From a virus (taxonomy: Duplodnaviria; Heunggongvirae; Uroviricota; Caudoviricetes): a DNA stretch of 64,000 nt. The stretch lies in IMG/VR virus record IMGVR_UViG_2639762987_000002; one strand, 5' to 3'. Both the position numbers and the translations under genes were made by a program. Positions within the stretch are counted from its first letter, which is position 1, and each line of letters starts with the position of its first letter. Below the pieces are notes generated by a model. It saw nothing but the letters and a program-made list of their open reading frames with translations, was not told the DNA's origin and did not search any database. Positions 28,299 through 38,413 of the stretch are shown here, in pieces.

Positions 28299-30407
28299 AT
28301 GTCTAAAAAACGTTCCATCAAAGAGGTTCAGGACTTCCGTGACAGTGTAAAACGAGTAGTCGCTCTCCTTTCAGGTAAAAACATCCCTGTTGCAGAACGA
28401 GGAGACGACGCTTATGTACGCTATAACGATGATGGAGAGCCAATTCTCGTAAACATCCCATCAATCCCGGATAACGCAACACCGGCATTGATGAATGCTG
28501 TGCGCGGATTTCTCGATCATGAGGTTGCTCACATTTTGTTTACCGATATTCGTGTGTCCAACAAAATGAGAGAAAAAGAACGCGTTCCTTCTTGGTCGCT
28601 ATGGAATGCCTTAGAAGACGTGTTCATCGAGCGAAAAATGGGGCAGGTCTTTAACGGAACAAGACGTAATCTGATGGCAACTCAGCGCCTTATAATCGAA
28701 AAAGTCTTTAAACCAAAGGCTTCAGAGGCTATTGCTTATTGTGGCAAAGATCAGCGCGCGCTTTTTCTAAACTTCTTTCTCTGTCCGGTTGTAAGAGCCT
28801 GGGATGGCCAAGCACCGTTCGTAGATTTCATGGATGAATACTGGCCTGTCATTGAGAAACCAATTTCATTATTAAAAGAACATGGTATCGATGTGGCCGT
28901 GCGTAACATGTCTTGCACCGAGGATTGTGTAAAGGTGGCTGCGACCATAGCTAAGATCCTCAAAGACACTGAAAGTGAAAGCAAAGGTAAGGAGTCAGCT
29001 CCGGGAAAAACTTCCGATCCTTCAGACGCTGACCAGACGGATGCCTCTGGAGAAAACAGTGAAGACAACGAAGATCATGAGACACCCTCAGCGTTAGATA
29101 ATCACAAATCTATCAAATCAGAATCACATAGTAGGTACAAACATGATAATAACGACAGTGATGATTCAGATAATTCTGAATCATCAGAAACAATATTCGA
29201 TGATACAGAAAATGATAAAGAGGTATCAGATTCTGATGCTTCTGATAACGCGGCGTCAGAATCATTAACCGCTGACCACGAAAAAAGAAAAACGACAGAA
29301 GACGGCTCTTCAGATATCCCAACTCCGTCAAAAATGAGTCTGGAAGAGGCTTTAGAGGAGTTGGATAGCATGGAAGATGAAGTCGGAGGCATGACAGAAG
29401 ATGCGCTATCCGAAACGATTAAAAGCGAGTTAACAGAAAGCTCGAAAAGCGAATACAGGCCATACAATCGCTCATACGACTTCATCGGCTCGATTGATCA
29501 GGCAGAAGCCCATATCAAACGGCTTATTAAAACATTCTCCGATATTGATTTGGGAGGATATCCAATCAGCCGCTATCGCATCGTTCCTGAAGGCAACCAG
29601 CTCTTCGACAAATATATTGAAAAGCACCTTTCGTCAGGTGTTTCGTCGACGCTGGCAAAAGACCTGGAACGTGCAATAGCAAGCAGAAACAGAGTTCAGT
29701 TTATACCTGGCCAGCGTCGGGGGCGCATTCATGGTTCAAGTATCTACAGATTAACAATGAATGATGATCGCGTGTTTCGTAAAAAAGAAGAATCTAAAGC
29801 CGTTAACGCCTGTGTTCAACAAGTGATTGATTTATCGGGTTCAATGAGTGGCGAAACGATAAAACTAGCTCTTGCAAGTGCATATACCATCGCCGATGCA
29901 CTTGATCGAATAAATGTTCCCAACATTATCACCGGCTTCACTACATTTGGCAGTCATATGGCAGCAGGAGAACTTAAGGCTATCAAATATGAGTTCTCTC
30001 GCTTTGAATCTTTAATGCTACCTATCATCAAAAATTGGAATGAAAAAGCAAATTCTCGCGAAGTTCGCTCACGTATGGGGTGCGTAGGCTACACATTCCC
30101 ACTTCTTAATAACGTGGATGGTGAAAGCATAGCCAGCCTTGCATCGTTATTTTCCGGTCGCATGGAGGACAGGAAGATCATGCTTGTTCTGAGTGATGGC
30201 GCGCCGTGGGCTGTTGGGAGAGGTTTTGACGCTCATTTGCGTTCAGTTGCGAAGCAAATTGAAACGCAGACTGATATTGATTTGATGGCAATTGGCATCA
30301 TGACTGACGCACCGGAGAGATTTTACTCAAATCATGCCCTGGTAACGAGCGTTGATAGTCTTGGTTCATCTGTAGTTACTGAACTATCTCGTATCATTTT
30401 AAAGTGA
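28299..30407 (+). CDS. vWA-domain protein (CobT-like) with long acidic linker
   Basis: 702 aa; MIDAS-like VIDLSGSMSG; about 120-aa D/E/S-rich tract; C-terminal VLSDGAPW. Confidence 0.65.
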   Translation: MSKKRSIKEVQDFRDSVKRVVALLSGKNIPVAERGDDAYVRYNDDGEPILVNIPSIPDNATPALMNAVRGFLDHEVAHILFTDIRVSNKMREKERVPSWSLWNALEDVFIERKMGQVFNGTRRNLMATQRLIIEKVFKPKASEAIAYCGKDQRALFLNFFLCPVVRAWDGQAPFVDFMDEYWPVIEKPISLLKEHGIDVAVRNMSCTEDCVKVAATIAKILKDTESESKGKESAPGKTSDPSDADQTDASGENSEDNEDHETPSALDNHKSIKSESHSRYKHDNNDSDDSDNSESSETIFDDTENDKEVSDSDASDNAASESLTADHEKRKTTEDGSSDIPTPSKMSLEEALEELDSMEDEVGGMTEDALSETIKSELTESSKSEYRPYNRSYDFIGSIDQAEAHIKRLIKTFSDIDLGGYPISRYRIVPEGNQLFDKYIEKHLSSGVSSTLAKDLERAIASRNRVQFIPGQRRGRIHGSSIYRLTMNDDRVFRKKEESKAVNACVQQVIDLSGSMSGETIKLALASAYTIADALDRINVPNIITGFTTFGSHMAAGELKAIKYEFSRFESLMLPIIKNWNEKANSREVRSRMGCVGYTFPLLNNVDGESIASLASLFSGRMEDRKIMLVLSDGAPWAVGRGFDAHLRSVAKQIETQTDIDLMAIGIMTDAPERFYSNHALVTSVDSLGSSVVTELSRIILK

Positions 30408-30502
30408 ACAAAACAGCCTTAACGATAAGTAACCACTTACGATAGATAATGATATATTTATATAAGAAGTTGAACGCTCATTAGAAAACAAAGGAAAAAC
30501 GC

Positions 30503-31738
30503 ATGACTACTACTGCACTGCAAAATGAAAAAAATCCTTCTGATTACCTTGTTTGCAAGTGGTGCGGAAAATCATTTCACTATTTTAAGTCCCATGTAGC
30601 CAATGGTAATTGCGAGGGCATTCCTGAGTCAGTAAAAGATGCCGATCCTGACACCGTACTGAAAATGTACACAACACAGTTTCCAGATGAGCCAACGCTA
30701 TCGAAAAAGGCACTTGATGCAATTCAAGCTAAACGTGCCGAGCAAAAAAGCGAAATGGCCAAATCATCTGGCGTGACCAGTAGCCCAGGCTACACAGGCA
30801 CAGTTGAGTACAAGACAGATCTGGTCGCAGCTCACGAACTGCTAAATGTAACGGTGAAAGAACTCGGAACAAAACGTGGGACGCCGCTCATGGTTAGCGT
30901 CAACGTCAATACGCCGTTTCCAGAGTTCGTTCCAGAAGTGAAGAAGGGATACGTATATGGCGACTTCGAACTGATCAAAGACATTTTCATGATGCTTGAA
31001 CTTGGCATACCTGGCTATTTGTGGGGTCATGCAGGAACAGGCAAATCTTCATTGCCTACACAACTATGTGCTTTGCTCAATCGTCCGTTAATCCGTGCCC
31101 AACATACAGCATCAATGGAAGAGGCTCATGTTACGGGACAAATTCTGGCGCGTGATGGCTCTACGTATTTCGAGCCTGGCTTGCTTGCGCTCGCAATGAA
31201 GCATGGCTGGGTTTACCTCGCGGATGAATACGACTTTGCGTTTCCACAGATTCTTGGCGTGTATCAGCCAGTGCTGGAAGGTGAAGCGTTGGTCATCAAA
31301 GAGGCGACTCCAGAATGGCGTCGCATTACTCCGCATGAACGGTTTGCTTTCATTGGCACTGGCAACACGAACGGATCTGGTGATGAAACCGGCTTGTACC
31401 AGGGTACAAACATCCAGAACGCCGCGAACTTTTCGCGTTTTGGCATCGTTTCGAATGTGAAATACATGAGCAAAGAGGCAGAGATCAACATGTTGATAAA
31501 TGCCGGTATCGTGGATGAATACGCAGAAAAGATGGTTAAGTTTGCCGGTATCGTTCGCGATGGATACGAAGAACACCTTATCAGTCAGCCAATTGGCCCT
31601 CGTGAACTTTTGTTGTCGGCCAAGATTGGAATGATGCGAGGCGACTTTGTGACAGGTATTGAGCGTTCTTTCATTAACAAACTCCCTTCAGCTTCTGCAC
31701 AAGCGGCTCGTGAAGTTGTTCAAAAAATATTTGGTTAA
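30503..31738 (+). CDS. AAA+ ATPase (MoxR/CobS-like)
   Basis: 411 aa; Walker A GHAGTGKSS, Walker B VYLADEYD; N-terminal Cys cluster CKWCG...NGNCEG. Confidence 0.65.
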   Translation: MTTTALQNEKNPSDYLVCKWCGKSFHYFKSHVANGNCEGIPESVKDADPDTVLKMYTTQFPDEPTLSKKALDAIQAKRAEQKSEMAKSSGVTSSPGYTGTVEYKTDLVAAHELLNVTVKELGTKRGTPLMVSVNVNTPFPEFVPEVKKGYVYGDFELIKDIFMMLELGIPGYLWGHAGTGKSSLPTQLCALLNRPLIRAQHTASMEEAHVTGQILARDGSTYFEPGLLALAMKHGWVYLADEYDFAFPQILGVYQPVLEGEALVIKEATPEWRRITPHERFAFIGTGNTNGSGDETGLYQGTNIQNAANFSRFGIVSNVKYMSKEAEINMLINAGIVDEYAEKMVKFAGIVRDGYEEHLISQPIGPRELLLSAKIGMMRGDFVTGIERSFINKLPSASAQAAREVVQKIFG

Positions 31739-31740
31739 TC

Positions 31741-31944
31741 GTGCGTAAAGGATGTTTCGGCTCTCTTATCGCTGCTTCTGAAACTGGTAAGGCTTGTCTG
31801 GTGTGTCCAGACAAGCCCGATTGTCACCAATCAGCAAAAGAAGTTGCGATTTCGATGCATGGGAAGTTCGTAGGCTTCCCCAATGACAAAATCAAAAAAA
31901 CCAGAAAGGTAAAAACACATGAAGGCACTGATGGTTCGAACTGA
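31741..31944 (+). CDS. Hypothetical small Cys-containing protein
   Basis: 67 aa from GTG; overlaps dnaE start; weak. Confidence 0.25.
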   Translation: MRKGCFGSLIAASETGKACLVCPDKPDCHQSAKEVAISMHGKFVGFPNDKIKKTRKVKTHEGTDGSN

Positions 31945-34900
31945 CTTCTCACTTGGGGAGTCGGCTCTAAAAGCAGAAAACGCGGTGAAGATTGCCAGAG
32001 AAGCTGGCTACACCGCTGTAATTTCAGCAGATAGCATGAATATTGCGAGCGTTATTCCACTACAACGTGCCGCTGGTGACGACATGGCGGTTATTTGTGG
32101 TGTGAAACTAAACATTGTTGATGATCCCACATACGAGCACCGGGCTAAACTTGCTAAAGAATCTATGAGATGTATGGAATCATTAGAGCGGGGACGTAAC
32201 TACTCGTTTACCGCTCTAATTAAAAATGAGCAAGGATATCGCGACATCTGCGAACTAATGACGGTGGCCAACACACGAGAACAGTTCTACTTTGTACCGC
32301 GTCTCTCGCTCGAACAGTTGGTTTCTACATATGCCAAAGGCAACATCATCCTGCTCACTTCCGACATCGGTAGCGTGTTCCAACGCAACGATTTTGCAAA
32401 AATCATAAGCTCACTGATTACAGCGGGCGGGAAAGACAACTTCTATAGTGTGGTTTATCCGCACCCTACCCCATTCTACGACCAGATTAACGTCCGAGCG
32501 ATGAAAGTCGCCAGCGCACTGAAAATAGAGCCAGTAGCGTTCTATCCCGCTTATTACGAATCGATCGACGATGCAGACATTAAAGACATTGCGCACATGG
32601 TTACGAACAACATAAAAATCGACCAGCCGCATCGTCTGCGTATCCCCCACCAGCGAGATAACGCCATCAATGGTCGTCGCCATCTCCTTGAGGCGCTTAA
32701 AGCCTTCTCCGTTCGCATGGATGTGCCGGTAACAGCTGCAATGGCCTCAACAACGCAGGACTCCATTATCGATGCCTGCACATGGCGCTGGCATGAATTG
32801 CCACCAGCACTGCCCAAGATGGCAGACGACGAACCTGCAACGCTGATGAAACTGGCTGTTGCAGGGCTGCGTAAACGTCTTACCACAAAAGAGTTTGGAT
32901 ACACACCACCTGCTTCTGAGAACAGGGTTTATGTTGAGCGGCTAAAGTACGAAATGGACACGCTGACTCGCCTGGGATTCTGTGGTTACTTCCTGATGGT
33001 ACGCGATCTGATGAATCACAGCCGTGAAACTGGCATTCCTGTCGGGCCTGGTCGTGGTTCCTCTGCCGGTTCTCTGGTGGCGTGGTGCATAGGCATAACC
33101 AACGTCGACCCAATCCGTCACGGTCTTCTGTTTGAGCGTTTCATCAACCCTGAGCGTCTCGACTTGCCGGATGCGGACTTGGACTTCAGCCAGGCACGTC
33201 GCCATGAGGTGATCGAGTATCTGAATGAACGCTACGGCGAAGATTACGTTGCAGGCATTCCGAACTTCACCTACCTGGGCGCAGCCTCTGCACTACGTGA
33301 CACCGCTCGTATTTATGGTGTGGAGTCCGCAGATATGGCGGTATCAAAAGAACTGAAGAACGTCGAGGATGATAGCCTTCCATTGGAAGAGCTGCGCGAA
33401 CAACTGGCAAGTCTCGACAAATACGCAACAAAATATCCTGATGCATTCAATGCAGCCTGCAAGTTACAAAGCCTTATGCGTGGCTTTGGTAGACATGCGG
33501 CAGGGATGATCGTAGCAGGTGTTCCTCTGACAGAACGTACACCGGTTGAACGCCGTGGTGACGCGCGTTGTATCGCATTTGACAAGCGTTACTGCGAGGC
33601 TATGGGCCTAATTAAGCTGGACGTACTTGGTCTGGCAACTCTCGATTTGCTCGATAGTGCAAAACGCTACATAAAAGAGAACACAGGTGAAGATATCAAT
33701 CTTGATGCCATTTCTCTTGAAGATCGCAAGGTGCTGGATGGTTTTGCTGCTGGGTACACTCAAGGTGTTTTCCAGCTTGAATCAGGCCCAATGCGCAAGC
33801 TGCTTAAAGATTTAGGTGGTGGAATTGAGCCAATGAGCTTTAAAACGGTTGTTGCTACGACTGCGCTCTTCCGGCCGGGGCCAATTCAGTCAGGCATGTT
33901 GGATGACTATGTTTCTGTAGCCAAAGGCTTTATGACGCCGGAATCATTACACCCCGTTCTTGATGAACTTACCGCAGAAACAAATGGCGTGATTCTCTAT
34001 CAGGAACAGACGATGAACGCGACTCGATTGCTTGCTGGCTTCACAATGGCTGAAGCTGACGGCGTTCGTAAAGCGATCGGCAAAAAAGACATGGAAAAAA
34101 TGAAGAGCATGGGCGAGAAGTTCATCGTTCAGGCTCAAGCTGGCTGGATAGACGTTGAGCTGGAAGATGGCACTACACAGCGCATTCACCGTGCGGAACA
34201 TTTTAAATGCGAAGACGGAACTCTGAAAACTGTCGAAGAGGCACTTGAGTACGGCGCAAAACTACCTATAAACGCAGTACGCGTTACAGCGTCACATCCA
34301 GGGCTATCAGAGATGAAAGCGAAGGAGATCTGGACCGCATTCGAAAAGAATGGTGCCTACCAGTTCAACAAATCACACTCTGTTGCTTACTCCTTAATCA
34401 GTTATCAATCTATGTGGTTGAAAACTCATTATCCCGCGGAGTTCTTCGCTGCTGCTCTCACTATTCTTGGCGAAGATAAACACCAGGGGCTGGTTAAAGA
34501 TGCGCTGACCTATGGTATTCGCGTATTGCCACCAGACGTTAACGTGTCATCTAACCGAATCGAGATCCGCACGCTTGAAGATGGCAGCCAGGTGCTGTAT
34601 GCGCCCTTCTCTGCTGTGAAAGGGTGTTCTGAGAATGGCTGCCAAGCCATCATGAGAGCGCGAGAAAAAGTTGGCGGCAAATTCGAGTCACTGGCGCAAT
34701 TCGAAGAAGCTGTCGAGAAACGTGCCTGTAATAGTCGAGTGCGCGAATCACTGCAAAAAGTAGGTGCGTTTGCATCCATCGAGCCAGGTAGTCTGCCAGC
34801 AACTGATCCAGAGCGTCTCCGCGACCAGGCTGAATTGATGGGAAACCTTGTCATAGACGCAGTTAAAGCCTCACGTCCGTTTGAGATGAACCCCAAACGT

Positions 34901-35437
34901 TCGGCTGAGATTAACGTGCTCATGACACGGATGGCGGCTGAAATGGGATTAGGTGATGAACTAATCCGCCCTAGCATTGGCATTAAGCCGAAAATCATGA
35001 TCATTCTGGACAATGCGAACGGCAATGATGCTCGAACCGGTTACTTTATGGAGAACGGATACGACGACTTTAAGGCCAAGCTATTGACGGCTGGAGATTT
35101 ACGCATGGGCGATCTCTATGTCACAGGCGTTTGCAAGAAGGTTAAAGACAAAGAAAAAGACTACACCAAAGACGAGATCGGCCAGTTCACCGACTTTATA
35201 CGAGAAGAGATCAATCTGGTGCGTCCGACCTATGTGCTGACGTGTGGCAGCCGGGCAACGGCATTGTTTAACAACAAAAACAAGCCATCCGATTTGGTCG
35301 GCAGGAAGGAGTACCTTCCAGACCTTGACGTTACTGTCTTTTACGGGTTTAACCCCAACATTCTTTACTTCAGACCTGAAGAGGGAGAACGACTAGAAGC
35401 GATATTAGCCGACGTAGCAGAAACCATTAAGACGTGA
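31919..35437 (+). CDS. dnaE: DNA polymerase III alpha-type replicase (DnaE family)
   Basis: 1172 aa; N-terminal PHP-like region; core motif GIPVGPGRGSSAGSLVAWCIGITNVDPI; start preceded by AAAGGTAAAAACACATG. Confidence 0.85.
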   Translation: MKALMVRTDFSLGESALKAENAVKIAREAGYTAVISADSMNIASVIPLQRAAGDDMAVICGVKLNIVDDPTYEHRAKLAKESMRCMESLERGRNYSFTALIKNEQGYRDICELMTVANTREQFYFVPRLSLEQLVSTYAKGNIILLTSDIGSVFQRNDFAKIISSLITAGGKDNFYSVVYPHPTPFYDQINVRAMKVASALKIEPVAFYPAYYESIDDADIKDIAHMVTNNIKIDQPHRLRIPHQRDNAINGRRHLLEALKAFSVRMDVPVTAAMASTTQDSIIDACTWRWHELPPALPKMADDEPATLMKLAVAGLRKRLTTKEFGYTPPASENRVYVERLKYEMDTLTRLGFCGYFLMVRDLMNHSRETGIPVGPGRGSSAGSLVAWCIGITNVDPIRHGLLFERFINPERLDLPDADLDFSQARRHEVIEYLNERYGEDYVAGIPNFTYLGAASALRDTARIYGVESADMAVSKELKNVEDDSLPLEELREQLASLDKYATKYPDAFNAACKLQSLMRGFGRHAAGMIVAGVPLTERTPVERRGDARCIAFDKRYCEAMGLIKLDVLGLATLDLLDSAKRYIKENTGEDINLDAISLEDRKVLDGFAAGYTQGVFQLESGPMRKLLKDLGGGIEPMSFKTVVATTALFRPGPIQSGMLDDYVSVAKGFMTPESLHPVLDELTAETNGVILYQEQTMNATRLLAGFTMAEADGVRKAIGKKDMEKMKSMGEKFIVQAQAGWIDVELEDGTTQRIHRAEHFKCEDGTLKTVEEALEYGAKLPINAVRVTASHPGLSEMKAKEIWTAFEKNGAYQFNKSHSVAYSLISYQSMWLKTHYPAEFFAAALTILGEDKHQGLVKDALTYGIRVLPPDVNVSSNRIEIRTLEDGSQVLYAPFSAVKGCSENGCQAIMRAREKVGGKFESLAQFEEAVEKRACNSRVRESLQKVGAFASIEPGSLPATDPERLRDQAELMGNLVIDAVKASRPFEMNPKRSAEINVLMTRMAAEMGLGDELIRPSIGIKPKIMIILDNANGNDARTGYFMENGYDDFKAKLLTAGDLRMGDLYVTGVCKKVKDKEKDYTKDEIGQFTDFIREEINLVRPTYVLTCGSRATALFNNKNKPSDLVGRKEYLPDLDVTVFYGFNPNILYFRPEEGERLEAILADVAETIKT

Positions 35438-35444
35438 TCCCATA

Positions 35445-35469
35445 AACATGGCCTCTATGGCCATGTTTT
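35445..35469 (+). terminator. Rho-independent terminator
   Basis: AACATGGCC-tctat-GGCCATGTT hairpin followed by T-run. Confidence 0.7.
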
Positions 35470-35562
35470 CCCTTATCCCCTCATATCCCCTATCCTCGAA
35501 CTCCTTGCCTTATCATCACAATGATATAATCAATATAAAATGATAAGTAAAAAGGAAAGCAC

Positions 35563-35994
35563 ATGATCACCGATATTTACGAGAAAATAATGTCTGATCT
35601 CGAGTTTGACCGAGACAATCTGGAGGAAGTCTGGCGTAGACAACCCCGCCTTTTAATGGAGTATGGCTCAAAACTCGCTCATGCAGAAAGAAGTGTCGCA
35701 GAGGCAAAACTTAACCTTGAAGCTGTTGAAGCAAAGCTATACGACACAGAGCGTAAGAACTTGAGTATGAACGGCATTAAGTTCAACGAGTCTGTACTGG
35801 ACGCTAAGGTTAAAACAAACCCACAGTATCTGTCTAAACGGCAGAAGTTGGATGAAGCACGGCACATCGCAGACATATACAAACATGCTGTCGCCGCCTT
35901 TTCGCATCGCCGAGACATGATCGTTCAGGCGTCAAAGATGGCCATCGTTGAATTAGAGCGATTAGGCTCTGAACGCTTTATTACTCCCCGTTGA
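35563..35994 (+). CDS. Hypothetical protein (coiled-coil)
   Basis: 143 aa; start context AAAAGGAAAGCACATG. Confidence 0.5.
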   Translation: MITDIYEKIMSDLEFDRDNLEEVWRRQPRLLMEYGSKLAHAERSVAEAKLNLEAVEAKLYDTERKNLSMNGIKFNESVLDAKVKTNPQYLSKRQKLDEARHIADIYKHAVAAFSHRRDMIVQASKMAIVELERLGSERFITPR

Positions 35995-36111
35995 TTTTTG
36001 ATAGATAATAAGTAAGTACTGATCTATCATTTAACAGCTCGAAAGAGCCACGAATGAACGAAAGCCCAACGCGCATAGCGCCATCGGCCAAATCACAACA
36101 AGGAGAAACAC

Positions 36112-37140
36112 ATGTCTAAGACATTACTTGATTTGCTTAACAAAACTCGTGAAGACATTGCCGCCAAACGTGGTAACAACGTTGATCTGACTCGCTTAAA
36201 AGACGGCGTCAACTATATCCGCATCTTCCCGAATAAAGACGACCCAAACGGTAAGTTCTTCCAGACTTTCGGTATGCACTACGTTAAGTATCAGAACGAG
36301 GAAGGTAAAGAAGCAACCAACGCTTATATTTGTGAGCAACATACTCACGGTCGCGCTTGTCAGCTATGCGAAATGGTGATGGAAGGTCGCGCTCGTCACA
36401 AGGGTAACAAAGCAATGGAAGAACGCATCGGTCAAATGCGTGCCACTCCTCGCTACCTGGTCAACGGCATTCTTTCTGCTCGTGAGGATTTCGCAGATGC
36501 TGAGAAATGCCAGTTAATCGAGCTGCCGTCTACTGTATTCGATGATATCTGCAAAGCAATCACCGAAGACATCGCTGATGATATCGGCAATCCACTGAGC
36601 AAAGAGGAAGGCTACGCATTCCTGATTAAACGTACTGGCTCTGGTCGCGATACCAAATATGACGTCTCGCCTAAGCGTAAAGTCTACAAAGGCGATATCG
36701 AAGATAAATTCTGGAATACCCAGCATGATCTGATCGCATACGCAAATCAGGCTGATGAAACTCGTCTTCTGTCGACAGTTCGCACTATGGGTCGTCTGAT
36801 TGGCATCGCTGCACCAACTGCCGCAGCATCTGCACCAGCAATTTCCTCAACCGCGAAAACATCGGCTGCGGCACTACCTGGATTTGGCTCTGTCACTGGT
36901 CATACAGAAGGAGCGACGGCTGTAGCAACCGCGCACACACCGGCTTCTGAACCAACCAGTCTGGTTGATGAAGAAATCCTCCGTGCCGTTGAAACTGAAT
37001 TTAAACCAGAGGCAAGTTCCGCTGCCGTTGCTGTATCAGTCAAAGAGTCTGAAGCAGTCGCAGCGACATCTGTAGCAACCGCATCTGCGACGGAAGATGA
37101 AGGTCTGGATGACCTACTGAGAGAGCTGGACTCTCTGTAA
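36112..37140 (+). CDS. Single-stranded DNA-binding protein (gp32-like)
   Basis: 342 aa; Cys/His cluster CEQHTHGRACQLCEM; Ala/Ser-rich linker; acidic C-terminal tail EDEGLDDLLRELDSL. Confidence 0.5.
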   Translation: MSKTLLDLLNKTREDIAAKRGNNVDLTRLKDGVNYIRIFPNKDDPNGKFFQTFGMHYVKYQNEEGKEATNAYICEQHTHGRACQLCEMVMEGRARHKGNKAMEERIGQMRATPRYLVNGILSAREDFADAEKCQLIELPSTVFDDICKAITEDIADDIGNPLSKEEGYAFLIKRTGSGRDTKYDVSPKRKVYKGDIEDKFWNTQHDLIAYANQADETRLLSTVRTMGRLIGIAAPTAAASAPAISSTAKTSAAALPGFGSVTGHTEGATAVATAHTPASEPTSLVDEEILRAVETEFKPEASSAAVAVSVKESEAVAATSVATASATEDEGLDDLLRELDSL

Positions 37141-37156
37141 TCCCATTACGTGACCA

Positions 37157-37185
37157 GTAAGGCGTCTACGGACGCCTTACTTTTT
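37157..37185 (+). terminator. Rho-independent terminator
   Basis: GTAAGGCGTC-TACG-GACGCCTTAC followed by TTTTT; lies inside the ORF-track 5' extension of the next gene. Confidence 0.8.
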
Positions 37186-37200
37186 GGAAGGAATGTACCG

Positions 37201-38145
37201 GTGAATTATCTCTTCGTAGATGGCAATAGCCTGGGTTATTACCACCAACAATCTGACAAATTGCACAACGGCGAAATGGAAGTACAGGCTGCTTTCGGCT
37301 TTGTTAAGAACGTCCGTCGTTATGCCTCCATCCTCCATGCCCGACCTATGATTCTTTGGGATGGATTTAGTGACAAGCGTCGCGACTTTTACCCGGACTA
37401 CAAAGCAAATCGCGACGACGATCCTGATATGAAAAAGATGAAGGAAGGCTTTGCTATCCAGAAGCCATACATCCTCAAAATGATGACCGCGCTTGGTGTT
37501 AACCAAATCATTGCAAAAGATGCAGAAGCGGATGATCTGGCCGGGCTGCTGGTATCCCGCATGGCACCGCAGCCAACCGTTGAACACATCTATCTGTTAA
37601 CAGGCGATAGCGACTGGCTTCAGTTAGTTCGCGAAAACGTAAGCTGGGTAAGCCTGCGTGAAGACGCCAAAAACAAGCAGGTTAATTTTGAGCAATTTGC
37701 GGAGCTGACAGGATTCGCCACGCCTCGCGCATTTTTGGAAGCAAAAGCATTACAAGGCGATAACTCGGACAACATTAGCGGTGTTGGTGGCATTGGTGCT
37801 GGCGGTGCGAAAGAGCTGCTGCATGAATGGGGAAGTGTCGCAACGATGGTACGCGGCATCAACGACGGCTCAATCGTGGTTAATAAAGGGCGTCATAAGA
37901 CCGCCTTCAACAAACTAGCGAAGAATGCCTTCAACGAGAAAACAGGCTGTCGAATGCTCGAAGCGTTCAAGAGAAACATCACGCTAATGAACCTGATTGA
38001 GACGAAGTTTCCGCCTACCGAAATCGAAACAATCAAAGGCAATCGTGACGTGAAAGCATTCGAGCAACTGTGCTACGAGCTGAATTTCCGTTCGTTCCTT
38101 GAAGACCTTGAAGTGTTTGTTCTTCCATTCGAAAGGTATTGCTAA
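37201..38145 (+). CDS. 5'-3' exonuclease / flap endonuclease (PIN-like)
   Basis: N-terminal YLFVDGNSLGYY as in Pol I-type 5' nucleases; GDSDWLQLV; start set at GTG 37201 after RBS GGAAGG because the ORF-track start 37150 overlaps the terminator. Confidence 0.7.
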   Translation: MNYLFVDGNSLGYYHQQSDKLHNGEMEVQAAFGFVKNVRRYASILHARPMILWDGFSDKRRDFYPDYKANRDDDPDMKKMKEGFAIQKPYILKMMTALGVNQIIAKDAEADDLAGLLVSRMAPQPTVEHIYLLTGDSDWLQLVRENVSWVSLREDAKNKQVNFEQFAELTGFATPRAFLEAKALQGDNSDNISGVGGIGAGGAKELLHEWGSVATMVRGINDGSIVVNKGRHKTAFNKLAKNAFNEKTGCRMLEAFKRNITLMNLIETKFPPTEIETIKGNRDVKAFEQLCYELNFRSFLEDLEVFVLPFERYC

Positions 38146-38411
38146 TGCTTAAATCGATTATCAATGGCGCTACAACCACCCCTGCCCAACTGGCAAAAGA
38201 GATTGTCTTTTATCACGGTGAGTACGCTGTCATCGCACTGCCGTCAATTCTAGGCGCTGCCGGAATGAAAGCGACAGATCGCGAGTTTGGATTAGTCAGC
38301 GAGCAGGTCGTAAAAATCCTCGCTCGTGTATCCAGACTCCTTAACCACGATGCGATTGTATTCGACGAATCCGCCGCTTTAAAACGAATCAACGAAACAA
38401 AAGGAGCCTGA
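38145..38411 (+). CDS. Hypothetical small protein
   Basis: ATG 38145 overlaps upstream stop (TAATG); ORF track begins TTG 38139. Confidence 0.4.
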   Translation: MLKSIINGATTTPAQLAKEIVFYHGEYAVIALPSILGAAGMKATDREFGLVSEQVVKILARVSRLLNHDAIVFDESAALKRINETKGA

Positions 38412-38413
38412 TC

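Noticed and set aside
31112-31576. 154-aa minus-strand ORF
   Set aside because: Completely inside the AAA+ ATPase gene on the opposite strand
34510-35025. 171-aa minus-strand ORF
   Set aside because: Embedded antisense within the dnaE gene; Ser/Arg-rich translation typical of antisense reading
37150-37200. ORF-track start of the 5' nuclease gene at 37150
   Set aside because: That start overlaps a strong terminator hairpin (37157-37185); a downstream GTG at 37201 with RBS is more plausible
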